A stretch of DNA of 64,000 nucleotides from positions 940,587-1,004,586 of the forward strand of contig MU058868.1 of the NCBI GenBank assembly GCA_013265495.1, in the 5' to 3' direction. How positions within the stretch are numbered: position 1 is the stretch's first letter; each line of letters starts with the position of its first letter. Below the pieces are notes generated by a model. The model had not been told where the DNA came from. It saw only the letters and a list, made by a program, of their open reading frames with translations, and did no database searches. Source of the DNA: Vicugna vicugna (Eukaryota). The position numbers were made by a program, and so were the translations under genes. Shown here in pieces: positions 11,788 to 24,326 of this stretch.

Positions 11788-13314
11788 TATATATGTATAT
11801 ACTTTATTGAAGTATAATCAGTATACAATGTTGTGTTAATTTCTGGTGTACAGCACGATACTTCAGTCATATAGGAACATACATATATTCATTTTCATAC
11901 TTTTTCACTGTAAGTTGTTATAAGATTTTGAATGTAGTTCCCTGTGCTATACAATATAAACTTGTTTGTCTGTTTTATATATATTAGTTAGCATCTGCAA
12001 ATCTCGAACTCCCAGTTTATCCCTTCCCACCCCCTTCTCCCCTGGTAACCATAAGTTTGTTTTCTATGTCTGTGGGTCTGTTTCTGTTTTGTAAATAAGT
12101 GCATTTGTGTGTGTTTTTAAGATTTCACATAAAAGTAATATCATATGGTATTTTTCTTTCTCTTTCTGCCTTACTTCACTTGCAGTGATGATCTCCAGGT
12201 CTATCTATGTTGCTGCAAATGGTATTTNNNNNNNNNNNNNNNNNNNNNNNNNNNNNNNNNNNNNNNNNNNNNNNNNNNNNNNNNNNNNNNNNNNNNNNNN
12301 NNNNNNNNNNNNNNNNNNNNNNNNNNNNNNNNNNNNNNNNNNNNNNNNNNNNNNNNNNNNNNNNNNNTTTTTGAATTAAGGTTCTCTCTGGATATATGCC
12401 CAGAAGTGGGATTGCTGGATCATATGGCAAGTCTATTTTTAGTTTTTTGAGGAATCTCCATACTGTTTTCCATAGTGGCTGCACCAAACTGCATTCCCAC
12501 CAGCACTGTAGGAGGGTTCCCTTCTCTCCACACCCTCTGCAGCATTTATCGTTTGTGGACTTTTGAATGATGGCCATTCCGACAGGTGTGAGGTGATACT
12601 TCAATGTAGTTTTGATTTGCATTTCTCTGATAATTAGTGATATTGAGCATTTTTTCATGTGCCTATTGGCCATTCTTATGTCTTCATTGGAGAATTGCTT
12701 GTTTAGGTCTTCTGCCCGTTGTTGGATGGGTTTGTTTTTTTCTTACTAAGCTGTATGGGCTGTTTATATGTTCTGGAAATTAAGCCCTTGTCAGTCTCAT
12801 CTTTTGCAAATATTTTCTCCCATTCCATAGGTTGTCTTTTTGTTTTGCTGATGGTTTCCTTTGTTGTGCAAAACCTTATCAGTGTAATTAGGTCCTATTT
12901 GTTTCTTTTGCTTTTATTTTTATTGCTTGGGTAGACTGCCCTAGGAGAACATTGCTGAGATGTATGTCGGATAATGTTTTGCCTATGTTTCCTTGTAAGA
13001 GATTTATAGTGTCTTGTCTTATGTTTAAGTCTAAGCCATTTTGAGTTTATTTTTGTGTATGGTGTGAGGGAGTGTTCTAACTTCATTGATTTACGTGCAT
13101 CTGTCTAGTTTTCCCAACACCACTTGCTGAAGAGACTGTCTTTACTCCATTGTATGTTTTTGCCTCGTTTGTCAGAAATTAATTAACCAAATGTTTGTGG
13201 ATTTATTTCTGGGCTCTCTGTGCTGTTCCATTGACCTATATGTCTGTTTCTGTATCAGTACCATGCTGTTTTGATTACTGTAGCTATGTAGTATTGTCTA
13301 AAGTTTGGGGGGGT
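11788..13314 (-). mobile_element. 5'-truncated young LINE-1 (ORF2 C-terminus + 3'UTR), ~1.5 kb, with 15-bp TSD; internal N gap 12228-12367
   Basis: Minus-strand ORF remnants [18 protein letters not shown]...[22 protein letters not shown]...[12 protein letters not shown] and LTPYTKINSKW are L1 ORF2p. TSD tagaaatctta(c/t)ttt at 11773-11787 and 13315-13329. Confidence 0.93.
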
Positions 13315-13769
13315 TAGAAATCTTATTTTCAAGGGTGTGTAGTTTTTTGACACATCATTAAGGCAAAATAGAAAGCTTGATTATTATTAATTATTTTATA
13401 ATCAGAAAATACATTTTGTGAAAAATTTGTCTGAATCAGAAAAGTAGAAGGCAACTGATGACTGTGATCTTACCAATCTAACATTTAGGTCTATTTCCAG
13501 TTGACGTTTTCCTTCATCAAACTGAGCCACGTGCCCTAAAGACAGTTCCTCTGCAAGGTCATAGCAGAAGGTGACAGTCCAGGCTCTGCTCTTTCAGCTG
13601 TTGCTTGTGGCATCTGTCTGTGTTTTTTAAATAACTTGCTTATTTTGCTGAGTTGAGAACTTTGAGGTTTATATACTATGTGTCAAGTTCTGCTGGCGCG
13701 AGAGAAGAATTTAGCCTTCTTATCCCCTGGCCTCCCACTTCTCCCTCCCCACTTCCCAGTACTGTGGTG

Positions 13770-14200
13770 TCTGGGTTGTCTATTCCTACCTAATAAGCTA
13801 TTGCAGAACTTAGTGGTTGAAAACCTGACGTTTGTTTACAGCTTGAAGTTTGGACACGGTGTGCCTGGGTTAGCTTGTCGCTGCTCTCTGCTGCCGAGAG
13901 CCAGGTGGTTTCATTTGTGCTGCCTGCTGGTATTGGCCACAGCCCACCAGTTCCCTGCCCAGGGCCTCTTGTGAGGCTGCCTGGGCCCCCTCCCAGCATG
14001 GTGGTGGCTTCCCGAGGGAGGAGGAGAAGATGCCAGTGCTCTTTAGGGCAAGACTGGCTGCGGCCAGGCATTGCGTTTGCCGTATCTGCTGGTGAGTGTG
14101 GTCACAGGCCCAGGCCCACCTCAGGGTGGAGACACAGACTTTATCTCTTGGTGGGGGAGTGGCAGAGTATTTCTGGCTGCCTTTAGTCTGCCACAGTTTT
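13770..14200. mobile_element. MaLR (MLT1-like) LTR fragment
   Basis: Resembles MLT1 end (aacttagtggttgaaaac...); degraded. Confidence 0.35.
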
Positions 14201-14389
14201 AGAAGAATTTTTGGTTTAAATGAATATTAATTGTTCTATTATTCAGCTAAACCAAACACTGAGTGCTCTGCAGGATGAATGCAAGAGACCACATGGTTTC
14301 AAATGAGGGTGGATAATAGGTCACTTGCAAAGAATCAGAAACCCTGACAGCATCAGCTCTCTTAAACAGACAAAATACACACAGAAAAC

Positions 14390-14530
14390 CCCAAAGTAAT
14401 GAAGCAATGCCTTCAGGTTTTTGAGAGAAATCATTTCCAATCTAAATTATACCCAGCCAAGCTATCAATCCAGTGCAGGTACAGAGCAGACCATTTTGGC
14501 ATGCAAGTTCACAGAAAAGCGCTGCCTCCC
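14390..14530 (+). mobile_element. Ancient L1 ORF1/HAL1-like fragment
   Basis: Translates to FQSKLYPAKLSIQC, resembling the L1 ORF1p motif FQPRILYPAKLSF. Confidence 0.5.
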
Positions 14531-14694
14531 ACACCTTCTCCAGTAACTTCCACCCCCACTCGAAACCATGTGGGTCTCTTGCATTCATCCTGCAGAGCAC
14601 CCTTTGAGTCTCTTTCACCTTTTGATTCTGGGATGTCTTGAGTAATTTCTTTCACAATTTAAAAACTCTTGACTCCAGTTGTTTACATTTCTCC

Positions 14695-15950
14695 CCAGTT
14701 TTATTGAGATGTAATTGACAAATAAGATTGTACATATTTAAAGTGTACCATGTCTAGAGACCTAATGCACAACATGATAAATATAATTAGCACTGCTGTA
14801 CGTTACATATGAAAGTTAAGAGAGTACATCCTAAGAATTCTCCTCACAAGGAAAAAATATTGTTTCTATTTCTTTAATGTTGCGTCTGTGTGAGGTGATA
14901 GGTGTTCATTAGACTTCCCGTGACAATCACTGCATGAAGTAAGTCAGATCGTGGTGCTGTGCACCTCAAGCCTGCAGTGCTCTGTGTCAGTCGTGTCTCA
15001 GTAAAACTAGGGAAAAGGCATTAGGAAAACTGGAGGAATGGAGTGCACAGTGTAACGACTGGACATGTGGTGAAACAACCTCAAGGGTCAGGTTGATTAA
15101 CAGTCAGTCCTCTCGCCCAGCTGCCTTCCAGTGGGAGGGTGAGCACGCGTAGGAGTTACCCTCTTGGTTTGTTTCAAGTGTATTATTAATTGCAGTGACT
15201 CTACAGTGTATTTTTAGAACTTTGTCTTAGAGATGAAAGTCTGTATCCTTTGGCCAACATCTCCCCGTTTCCCCTCCCCCCAGCCCCTGGCGACCACCCG
15301 CTGTACCCTCTGCTTCTGTGGGGTTGACTTTTTATTTTATATTCCTTTCTCTGTCCAGCTAATTTCACGTAACATAATGTTCTCTGGGTTCGTCCATGTC
15401 TCAGATGCCAGGGCTTCCTGTCTGATGACTGAATCATGCCCTTCGTGTGTATAAACTACATCATTTTCATCTGTTCGTGCACTGACGGACACCTAGGTTG
15501 TCTCAGTGTGTTGGTTCTTGGGAGTTGTGCTGTGGCGAACACAAGTGTGCAGATGCCTCTTCAGTACCCTGTTTCTTCTCCACTGATGTGTCCCCGTGGG
15601 TGGGGTCACTGCATCACCTGTAGTTGGTCTTTAATGGTTCGAGGAACCTCCACGCCGCCTCCCACGGTGACTGCACCGTCGCGTCCCCACCGCAGGGCCG
15701 GAGGGCTCCTTTTCCCGCGTGCTCACCAGTGCTTGTTGTTTCTCGTCTCCCTGACGATAGTCCTTCTGGCAGGTGTGAGGTGGTGGCTCACCTTGGTTTC
15801 CACTTGTGTTGCTTGAGGATCAGCGATGAGCATCTTTGCGTGTGCCTGCTGGCCGTCTGCATGTCTTCGGTGGAAAAACGGTCAGGTCTTTTCCATAATT
15901 TTTTAAATCTTCCGTTTCTGGAACTCCTATCATGTGGATATTTTGTTGGC
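14695..15950 (-). mobile_element. Old L1M 3' end, interrupted by an opposite-strand L1 3' end at ~14750-15030
   Basis: ttttattgagatgtaattgacaaataag... start, then cagcccctggcgaccacc...ctctgcttctg and ORF2 C-terminal-type sequence. Confidence 0.75.
14750..15030 (+). mobile_element. Nested L1M 3'UTR fragment (sense orientation)
   Basis: gacctaatgcacaacatg...gtgaggtgataggtgtt...ctcagtaaaactagggaaaa resembles an L1MA/MB 3' terminus. Confidence 0.65.
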
Positions 15951-16954
15951 ATGATTTTCAGATTTTCTTCCTTTTTCTCTCCTGTGTTTCTCCTCTCCTT
16001 TCCCCTTCCTCACTTCTCTTCCCGTCTCCCGTGTCTCCCCCCTCCTTCCTGTCCTGCCCCTCCTTTCTTTTCTCCTTTTGGCAGGACTGTAGTAACGTAT
16101 GGTATCTGGTTTTCTCTTTTTGTCCCCTTGGCAACTGTGGAATGGAGTTACAGATAGTGCAGGGATTTTTAATTATTTTGGAAATATTTTTACAGTTTCA
16201 CAATATTCCTTTGAAAATTTGAAGAACTTTGATTAGATACTATATTCATATGCTTCAGAATTAAAACCTATAGTGTCAAAAGCTCTCTACTTACCTCAGC
16301 CCTGGCCACCGGTTCCCCTCCTGGAGGCGGCGGTGAGGCAGGGGCAGCCCGAGCCCCGTGCGGAGCGTGTGTGGAGCTTCCTGCCGGTGGGCGTGCGCCT
16401 GGAAGCTTCTCTCACTCCCTGTGCTGTGTGTTCGTCTAAGCTCCTAGTTCTCTTTTGCTTTAAAATTTTTGCCTCTTACAATAAGCTTTCCTTGGATGCC
16501 TGATGGCCCTCGAGTGCAGCCTCATTGTTAAGCTGGGGTCTGGGAGCTGATGGGTGTGTCTGCGGGGGTCTCCACCGAGGGCCCAGGGCTCGGGACCACC
16601 ATCAGTGTCAGCAGGTGTTTCCCCGAATCTGGGTGGAGGTCCTCTGGCCGGCGTGTCTGGCAGTTCACTGCCTTGAGTGGCCCTGCCTGGAGTGTACCCT
16701 GTCCTTGAACTGGACCTGTCTTGCTGTTGTTGGGGTGGGCTGGCCACCAGGCCGTGCGGAGGGCCAGGCCTGGAACTGCACGTTAGTGGACTGCAGTCCT
16801 GGCTCGTAGGCTTCGAGTCCCCAGTGTTTGCTGTATGCGGTGACTTATCGTGCTTTTGTGCATGTCTTAGAGGGAAAATAGGAAAACACTCTATAGATAC
16901 AGGAAAGATACGATTTAATATGTTTAATACCTTTTCATTCAACGGAAGATTTGG

Positions 16955-19900
16955 TATTTTTAAAACTGAGATAAAATTAGTATCAAATTGGCAAGTTAAA
17001 CCGTTTAACAATGCGTAGTTCAGTGGCCTTTTGGTGCGTGCCCGGTGTTCGTGCAGCCATTGCCACCACCCGATTCCCGAGTGTGTTCGTCCTCCCGCCC
17101 CCCTCAGCCCCTGGCGCCCCCGTTCTGTGTTCCGCCTCCGGTTCGCCTGTCCTGGACCCTTCGTGTAAACAGTGTCACACAGGACGCAGCCCTTGAGACT
17201 GGCTGCTGCCACTCGTGGCCTGTTTTCCTGGCCCGCCCGTATTGCAGTGTGTTCCTTTTCGCAGCTGAATGCCCTGCTGTATGGATGGGTCCCATTTCTT
17301 TTGTCCACTTAGCAGTTGTTGGACTTTGGGTTTGTTTTGCTTTTTTGAATAATTCTGTGAAAATTCTGGTACAAGTTTTTGTATGAACTTACGTTTTCAA
17401 ATCTGTGCTGGGAAGATCCTTAGGAGTGAAGCTGCTGGGTCGTGTGGCAGCATGTGTGCGTGTGGCTTTCTGAGGAGCTGCTAGGTGGTTTCCCGCTGCA
17501 TCTGCATCATTTTACACCCCCACCCCCGCCGTGTGAGAGGCATCGGAAGATTCGACATATTACACTAAGAAGACAGGGAGCGACTGGTCATGGCACCAGG
17601 GACGATACCAGCTCCTGTGTCATCGTAAGGTTAAGGCTGGGGCTGTGGGGGGCTGGCCTGGAGTGTGCCTGTGGCTCTAAGCTTCTTTGCAGGGGAAACG
17701 AAACAAGAGTCAGGTCAGTTATTAAGTCCTTACTGTCACAGGTGCATTTCTGCAGGAGAAGCAAAACTTCCGTGAGTAAATTCCAAGTTCTAGAAAATGA
17801 AGCTTCTCAGAGAATTCTTGTGGAGGAAGGGGGCCCTCAGCGCCCTCAGCGCCCTCAGCCCCTGTTCTTAGCACGCTCTGTCCTCTGTCCCTGTTGTTCA
17901 CAGACTTCCTTGATGTCATCATCCGGGAAGGCAGGACCAAAATACATTTGAGGTGGATGAGTGTGCCACATTAGAAAGCAAGGGGGCATTAGAGAGTGTG
18001 TTTGAACCATATTTGCAGACTTGACTTTTCCATTGTAAGCCTCTCTTCTGCTGCTGGAAGGACGACTTGGAGCTTGGCTCCCTCCTGGTGTGGCTCTGGG
18101 CGATGTCCTGAAGTCCTTACTTCAGTCCCGGCATTGAGACTTCTCCACAGGGACTCTCCTCAGTTTGGTTTACGGGGCGGCCCCGCAGCCTGCGGCTGGA
18201 CATCTCGGCAGCCGGGAGAGCGGGGCAGTGGGCAGCATGTGCCTGCGGTCGGAGCCTGGGGAGAAGGGCTTTGGGGCTTGCTCAGCCGGGCCAGCAGGGA
18301 CATTCCTCCCACCAACTTCCCATCCTCCACCCCATCTTTCTCTTTCCTCTAGAATGAAGCTGCTGTAAACATCTGTGTGCAGGTCTCTGTATGGATGGCA
18401 GTTTTCAGTTTGGGTAAACACCAAGGAGTGGGATCGCCGAATCACACGGTGAAAGTGTTTACTTCTGTAAGAAGCCGCTGCACTGTCGTCCAAAGTGCCT
18501 GCGCCAGTCTGCGTTCCTATGCGCAGTGGTGAGAGTCCTGTTGCTCCACATCCTCGCCAGCCCTTGCTGTTGTCAGTCTTCTGGCTTTCGGCCATTCTGA
18601 CGGGTGTGGAGTGGTGTCTCACTTTAATTTGCATTTTCCTGATGACATGATGTGGAGTGTCTTTTTATGCTCATTTGCCGTTTGCATATCTTCTTTGGTG
18701 TCTGTTAAGATTTTTGGCCGGTTTTGTTTGGGTGGTTTATTTTCATACTGTGTTTTAAGAGTTCTTTGTATATTTTGGGTAACAGTCCTTTGTCACATAA
18801 TGCCTTTTGCAGATACTCTCTCCCCATCTGTGACTTGTCTCCTCATCCTTTTGACATTGTCTTTCATAAAGCAGAAGGTGTTTTTTTTTGTTTGTTTTTT
18901 TACTGAAGTCCAGTGTATTAATGATCTCTTTCATGGATTTTTGCTTTGGTGTTGTATCTAGAAGGTCTAAAAGGTTGCTGCTAGACCCAAGGTCCAGGTT
19001 TTCTTGAGGCTTTGTGCTTTTGCATTTTACATTTAGATTTATATCCATTTTGAGTTAATTTTTGTGAAGGGTGTGAAGTCTGTCTAGATTCATTTCTCCT
19101 TGCATGTAGATGTCCCATTGTTACAGCACCATTTGTAGAAAAGACTGTCTTTTTCTTGAGGGAACGTTGGTTTATAGTACGTTTCGTGTGTGCAACATTG
19201 TATTCCTACTTCTGTCTGCCACAGTGTGCTCACCCCCAGAAAGTCAGTTTCCATCTGTCACCATGCAGCTGGCCCCTTTACCCGTGTCACCTCCCCCCTC
19301 ACCTTTTCTCTGATAACCACGACTCTTCTCTGTATCTCCGTGTTGGGTGTGTTCATTTATTTTGTCTTTAAAAAAGACTATCTTTGCTCCAGTGTGTCGT
19401 CTTTGCTCCTTTGTCAAAGATGAGTTGCCTCTATTTGAGGGTCTGCTGCTGGTTTCTCCGGCCTGCTCTGCTGACCTTTTTCCTGCCTGTCATCTTGCCG
19501 ACATGACACCGCTCCGTCACCTTCACGGCGCCTGGAGGCCCAGCGCGCCAGCTCCAGCTTGTCCGTCTCCAGTGCCGCGCCGGCCGTTCTTGGTCTTCTG
19601 CTTCCCCACCTGCGCGTCAGGGGCAGCCTTGGTATCTGCAGAGCAGCCTGTTGGGATTCTGAACGGGGTTGCGCTTGACCTGCAGATCAAGTTAGGACGA
19701 ACGGACATCCTGGTGGTACTGAGCCATCCTGTCCCTGAATGTGGAACGTCTTTCCGTTTGTTTAGCTTTTCTTTGCTCCTCCTCACCAGGGGTTTATAGT
19801 TTTCCGCACTGGGGTCTTGTACGTGTTTTGCTGGGTTTATTCTCAAGTGTTCCACATTTTTGAGTGCAGACTGTACCCGTTCACCACTGTTGTGTGGGGA

Positions 19901-20100
19901 AGTGGTTGCCTCTTGTGTGTCATTAGCCTTGTCTCCTGTAGCCTTGCTATGGTTGCTTGTAGGTTCCAGGAGTTGTTTTATTCTTTCAGATTTTGCACAT
20001 AGATGCTGATGTCATCTGTGAACAAAACACAGTTTTAGTTCTCCCTTTCCAATTTATGTACCTTTTATTCCCTTTTCTTGTCTTATTGTATTAGCTAGGA
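16955..20100 (-). mobile_element. Fragmented old L1M (3'UTR to ORF2), interrupted at ~17545-18350 and by a nested L1 3' end at ~19140-19370
   Basis: Remnants QIKVRHHSTPVRMAESQK (18170-18634) and LRINPAKHVQDPSAENYKPL...LNKRKDVPHSGTGWLS (19523-19855) resemble L1 ORF2p. Confidence 0.8.
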
Positions 20101-21679
20101 TGGCAGAGTATGTTTTATCTCATTTTGACCAATGCTGTAACTCTAACACCTAAAATTTAGTGTCTGGCACTTTTTAGGTGCATTATAAATTTTTGAAAGA
20201 AGGAAATATGAATGATATGTCTCTTAATCGCTCAAATACTTTTCCTTTCTTTACCAGTCATAGGCCTTGGTGATTTGTTCAGATTTATCTTTTAATCTAT
20301 TAATTATACATTTAGTTGTATTTAGTCTGCTATATTCAACTCAGCTGTTGAATTTTTTTTATTTCAGTACCTAGTTCTCTTTTTCAAATCTGCGAGTTAT
20401 GAAAAACTTCCTACGTTATTCTGTGGAAGACCTTGCATATCGCTCTGTGCCTAGCTCTGTGGGCGTCCCTCCCGGGTGGTGGCGGCTGTGTGCGATGTCA
20501 CCTCTGTCTCCTGGCTCACCTCGGCAGGGAGCGCACCCAGGCTCTGGGCTGTAGAACACCCCCTGAGCAGCTTCCCAGCTGCCATGCAGGGCCTGCCAGT
20601 GCCACTCATTTTAGGCCCGTTTTTATCTGGGTTTCTTGGCTCAGGATTTGGGGCACCACAGCCTTGTGAGGCAAGAGTTCTCTAGGGTGATTCTGTCTCC
20701 CCAGGGGCCTCGGGTGGATGTTGCTGTGGCCCAGCCGTGGGCTGGCCAGTGGTGAGGCTCTGGTGACAGTGCTGTGACAGCCGACACTCTGGTCTTCTCT
20801 GGGCGGTGCCTGTGGGCTGGCCCTCGGTCCCCAGGAACCGGAGTGCAGGTGAGAGGGTGCAGTCCTGTGCCACCGTGAGTGGCGGCGGGGCCAGATTCCA
20901 GCGCGGGCAGTGGCCTTCACGCTGTGCTCCGAACCGCGGCAGCTGCGCTCCGCCCTGCTGACCGGCCACCGCCGCGCGGGGGCCCTCAGCTCCGCACTGG
21001 CTGCCGAGCCCAGCCCTGAATCCTGTGGTCCTGTCCTGGGCAGCCCGTGCCCTGTGAGGCTCCGTGCTGTTCCTTCTTCGTTTCTGGACCTGAAGATTTC
21101 CCCTTTCTTGTTTTGAATTAGGCGATATAGCTAACCTTAAAAAGAATAATTTGGCCACCTTCACCAGAAACCTCCTGCAATGTGTTAACAGGTGACAGAA
21201 CGTTAATGGAGTTCCTGACGTTGAATCGTCGTTTTGGGCAAACCCTTTAGCCTTAGTGTCTTACCACGTAGCGCCTGGTGCTGCTGGCAGTCACGCTGCT
21301 CCTGGTCTGTGGCTCTTTTCTGCGTTCATTTTCCTGGCTTTGGTGTGAAAGCTGTGCCAGCCTCATGCATCATTTTGGGAAACTCCATCATTGCCTGTGT
21401 TCTGGAATGACTTAAACAGTAGGAATGGTACGTTTGCGTGCTGGATGGTACACAGCAGCTGGAGAGACCGAGCTGCTCCGTGTGTTGATGAGGGGGACGC
21501 GAGGACAGGGCCGTCGAGCCACTGCAGTGAGGGGCAGGAGTGACAGTGGGTGTGACGTGACTTGTGCGGGGACTCTCCTGCCATCCCCCGTCTCTCCACG
21601 TGGCTGGCCGCCGGGGTCTCCCCCTGGTGCTGGGATGACATGCTGCAGACGTTCTTTGTTCTGCTCAGTGGCGTTAAGT

Positions 21680-22260
21680 ACACTCACATTGTGCAGCCGT
21701 CACCACCACCCGTCCCCAGAACTCTCTTCATCTTGCAAATCTGAAAGGCTGTCCCCACGAAAGCCACAGCTCCCCGTGCTCCCCTCTCCTGGCTCCTGGA
21801 GCTGCCGTTCTGCCGTCTGTCTTTATGGACTTGATCACTCACACAGGTGCAGTCACACAGTATTTGTCCTGTCGTGACTGTCGTATTTCACTCGGAATGT
21901 CCTCAGAACTCATCCAGGTTGTAGCAGGCGTCAGAGTGTCCTTCCTGTTTAGGGCTGAGGCGTGTCCTTTGTGTGGATGGACACTTGGGCTGCTTCCGCC
22001 TTTGCCTGTTGTGAACGGTGCTGTTCTGTACACGGGGTTCAGATATCTTTGAGACCCTGCTTTCAGTTCTTTTGGGTAAGTATCCAGAAGTGGAATTGCT
22101 GGGTCATATTAATTTTTTGAGGAACTTCCTAGTGTTTTCCACAGCAGCCGCGCCATTTTACATCCTATCAGCAGTGCACAGGGGTTCCAGTTTCTCCACG
22201 TCGTCACAGGCACCTGCTTTCTGTCTGTCTGACAGTGGCCGTCCTCGGGTGAGAGCGTTG
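21680..22260 (-). mobile_element. Old L1MB-like 3' end
   Basis: acattgtgcagccgtcaccacc...aactcatccaggttgtagca...ccagaagtggaattgctgggtcatat are typical L1 3' motifs. Confidence 0.75.
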
Positions 22261-23789
22261 CTTTGGTTTGTTTTTGTCTAGCAGCCGAATCTTGCTTCTG
22301 GTATTCCCTAAGCTAGGCTGCTTGGACTCTGCCCTGTGCGTGTGGAGACCTGGATTTATTTGGGCGGGGCTCCCCTTCCCCGGCGCACCTGCTGCGCTTG
22401 CCTCCCGCCCGCTCAGGCGCCGGCCCAGCCACTCCCCCGGCTCGCTGTCTCCCCAGCGCCTTTAGGTGCTTGTCTCCTACTTTTGTCCAGTTAGGCTGAT
22501 GTGAGCCAGACTAGGAAGCCGCACTGATTTACCTTCAGAAACAGTTCTGCGGAGTCAGAGCTCTCGTGTGTGTGCGGCTAAGCTGGACTTAGGGTGCTAA
22601 GTTGGCTCCTCTCCCCGGGCCCACCTCAGCTGCGTGGCTGCCACCCTGGCTGTTTCCGTGGGCGCAGGGGGTCGCAGCCCGGACAGCTCCTCACTGCTGC
22701 ACATCACATGCCAGCGTTCCTCTGCCGGATAGTTCTTTGCTGGGAGGCCACCCTGTGTGTTGAGGATGCTTAGCTGCACCCTTGACCCTCCCCAGTAGGT
22801 GTCGCTAGCAGCCCCCAGACAATGCGGCACATCTCTGGGGAGCAGAGGTGTCCCCACTTGCGGACCAGCTGCTCCCCAGGGTCTGATGCGCCTGCGTGCC
22901 GCCTTCTCGGAGGAGTTTCGTTGGTGGCTGTCGTGCACTCTTGGTGGGTGTCATCCCAGCTGGAACGGGGCTTGCCTGTTACTATTCCAGGCTGCCCACC
23001 AGGTGTCCCCAACTGGGGCTGTAGCTGTGCCGGGAAGACCCCATGCCCCCGGGCCTCCCTCATCACTTGGTGAGTTGTGCAAATTAAGGCCCAGTAGTGC
23101 CGCCCGGACCAATTGGTCGTCACAGGAACGGTAACTGGGCTTCTCTGTTGACGTGGTGCTCCTTGTCAGGGCATTGACTTTGGGCCTGGTGTGGTGGGGG
23201 TCTGGGAGGGACTGGCCAGACTGAGCTGTCTCACTGTCCCCGCCAGGTGTGGGAGATGGGTTTCTGAGCTTTGCCGACCGGTCGTCTCAGGTGTGTCCTG
23301 GTCCCCCTCAGCTGTGACGTGAGGAACTGTGTTTGGTCGTCAGGGCCTCCCCTTAATCCCTCTCGCGGGCCTGGCTTTGTGGTCGCTGCCCCTGTGGCAG
23401 GCGAGCTGCCACAGGTGATCTGGCCTCCCAGGTGAGGGAGCAGGTGGGTGGGCACCCATGGCCCGCTGCTGGTCAGGATGGCAGCCTGCCTTCCGCCTGC
23501 TGGCCTGGTGTCCGCCCCTTTCCTTTCACTGCACCGTTTTGTGATTCTTGTGTGTCATTTTTGGGATACTGGACTTGCCTCCTGCGACCTATGAATTGCC
23601 TCAGTGAACCCCGCAGAGTGGTGGAGAGCTTTGTTGGCAGGCGCGTTTTGGGCTCTAAACGTAGTACATTTCTTGTTCTTTTTGTGCTTCTGATTCCGCA
23701 GAGTGCTAAGAGCGGGAGCATCCGGGCTGAGTGGCACTCAGCCTCAGAAACAGTTGTCTTTCTGCTGGGAAGGCGGTCAGGGCGTGAAG

Positions 23790-24326
23790 ATGAAGCAGGC
23801 CCCGGAGGTCGCTGGCGGCACAAATGGGAAGACGCAGAGCTGTGAAGTGAGCCGTGAGTGTTCCGTGTTCCTCAGCAAAGGCCCGCTCTCCGCAGGCCTG
23901 CAGGAGGGGGTGGTGCCCAAGTTCAACGGCCATGAGGCGCTGCCCTTCATCCCGACTGAGAAGCTGAAGGACCTCACCTCCCGCGTCTTTAACGGAGAGC
24001 CCGGTGCTCACGATGCCAGGTTGCGTTTTGAGTCCCCGGAAATGAAGGGACTTGGGACACCGCCTAACACTACTCCTGTCAAAAATGGCTCTCCGGAAAT
24101 AAAGCTGAAAATCACCAAGACGTACATGAATGGGAAACCTCTCTTTGAATCTTCCATCTGTGGCGACGGTGCTGCTGCTGGGCCCCCGTCAGAAGAGAAC
24201 AGACACGGTCCAGAAAGTAAGGCGCGGAGGAGCAGGAAGAGAAGCATGAAGTATGACTCCTTGCTGGAGCAGGGCCTTGTGGAGGCAGCCCTGGTGTCCC
24301 GGATTTCGAGTCCCTCGGATAAAAAG
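23790..24326 (+). CDS. NSD2: NSD2 exon 2 coding part (exon starts 23702, or 23704 at the second AG); MKQAPE...SPSDKK
   Basis: 179 codons homologous to human aa 21-199. Pyrimidine tract + CAG at 23699-23701, donor AAG|gtattt. ATG has A at -3. Confidence 0.93.

Noticed and set aside
16460-17308. 282-aa minus-strand ORF
   Set aside because: Overlaps decayed L1 3'UTR and unique GC-rich sequence; no recognisable domain
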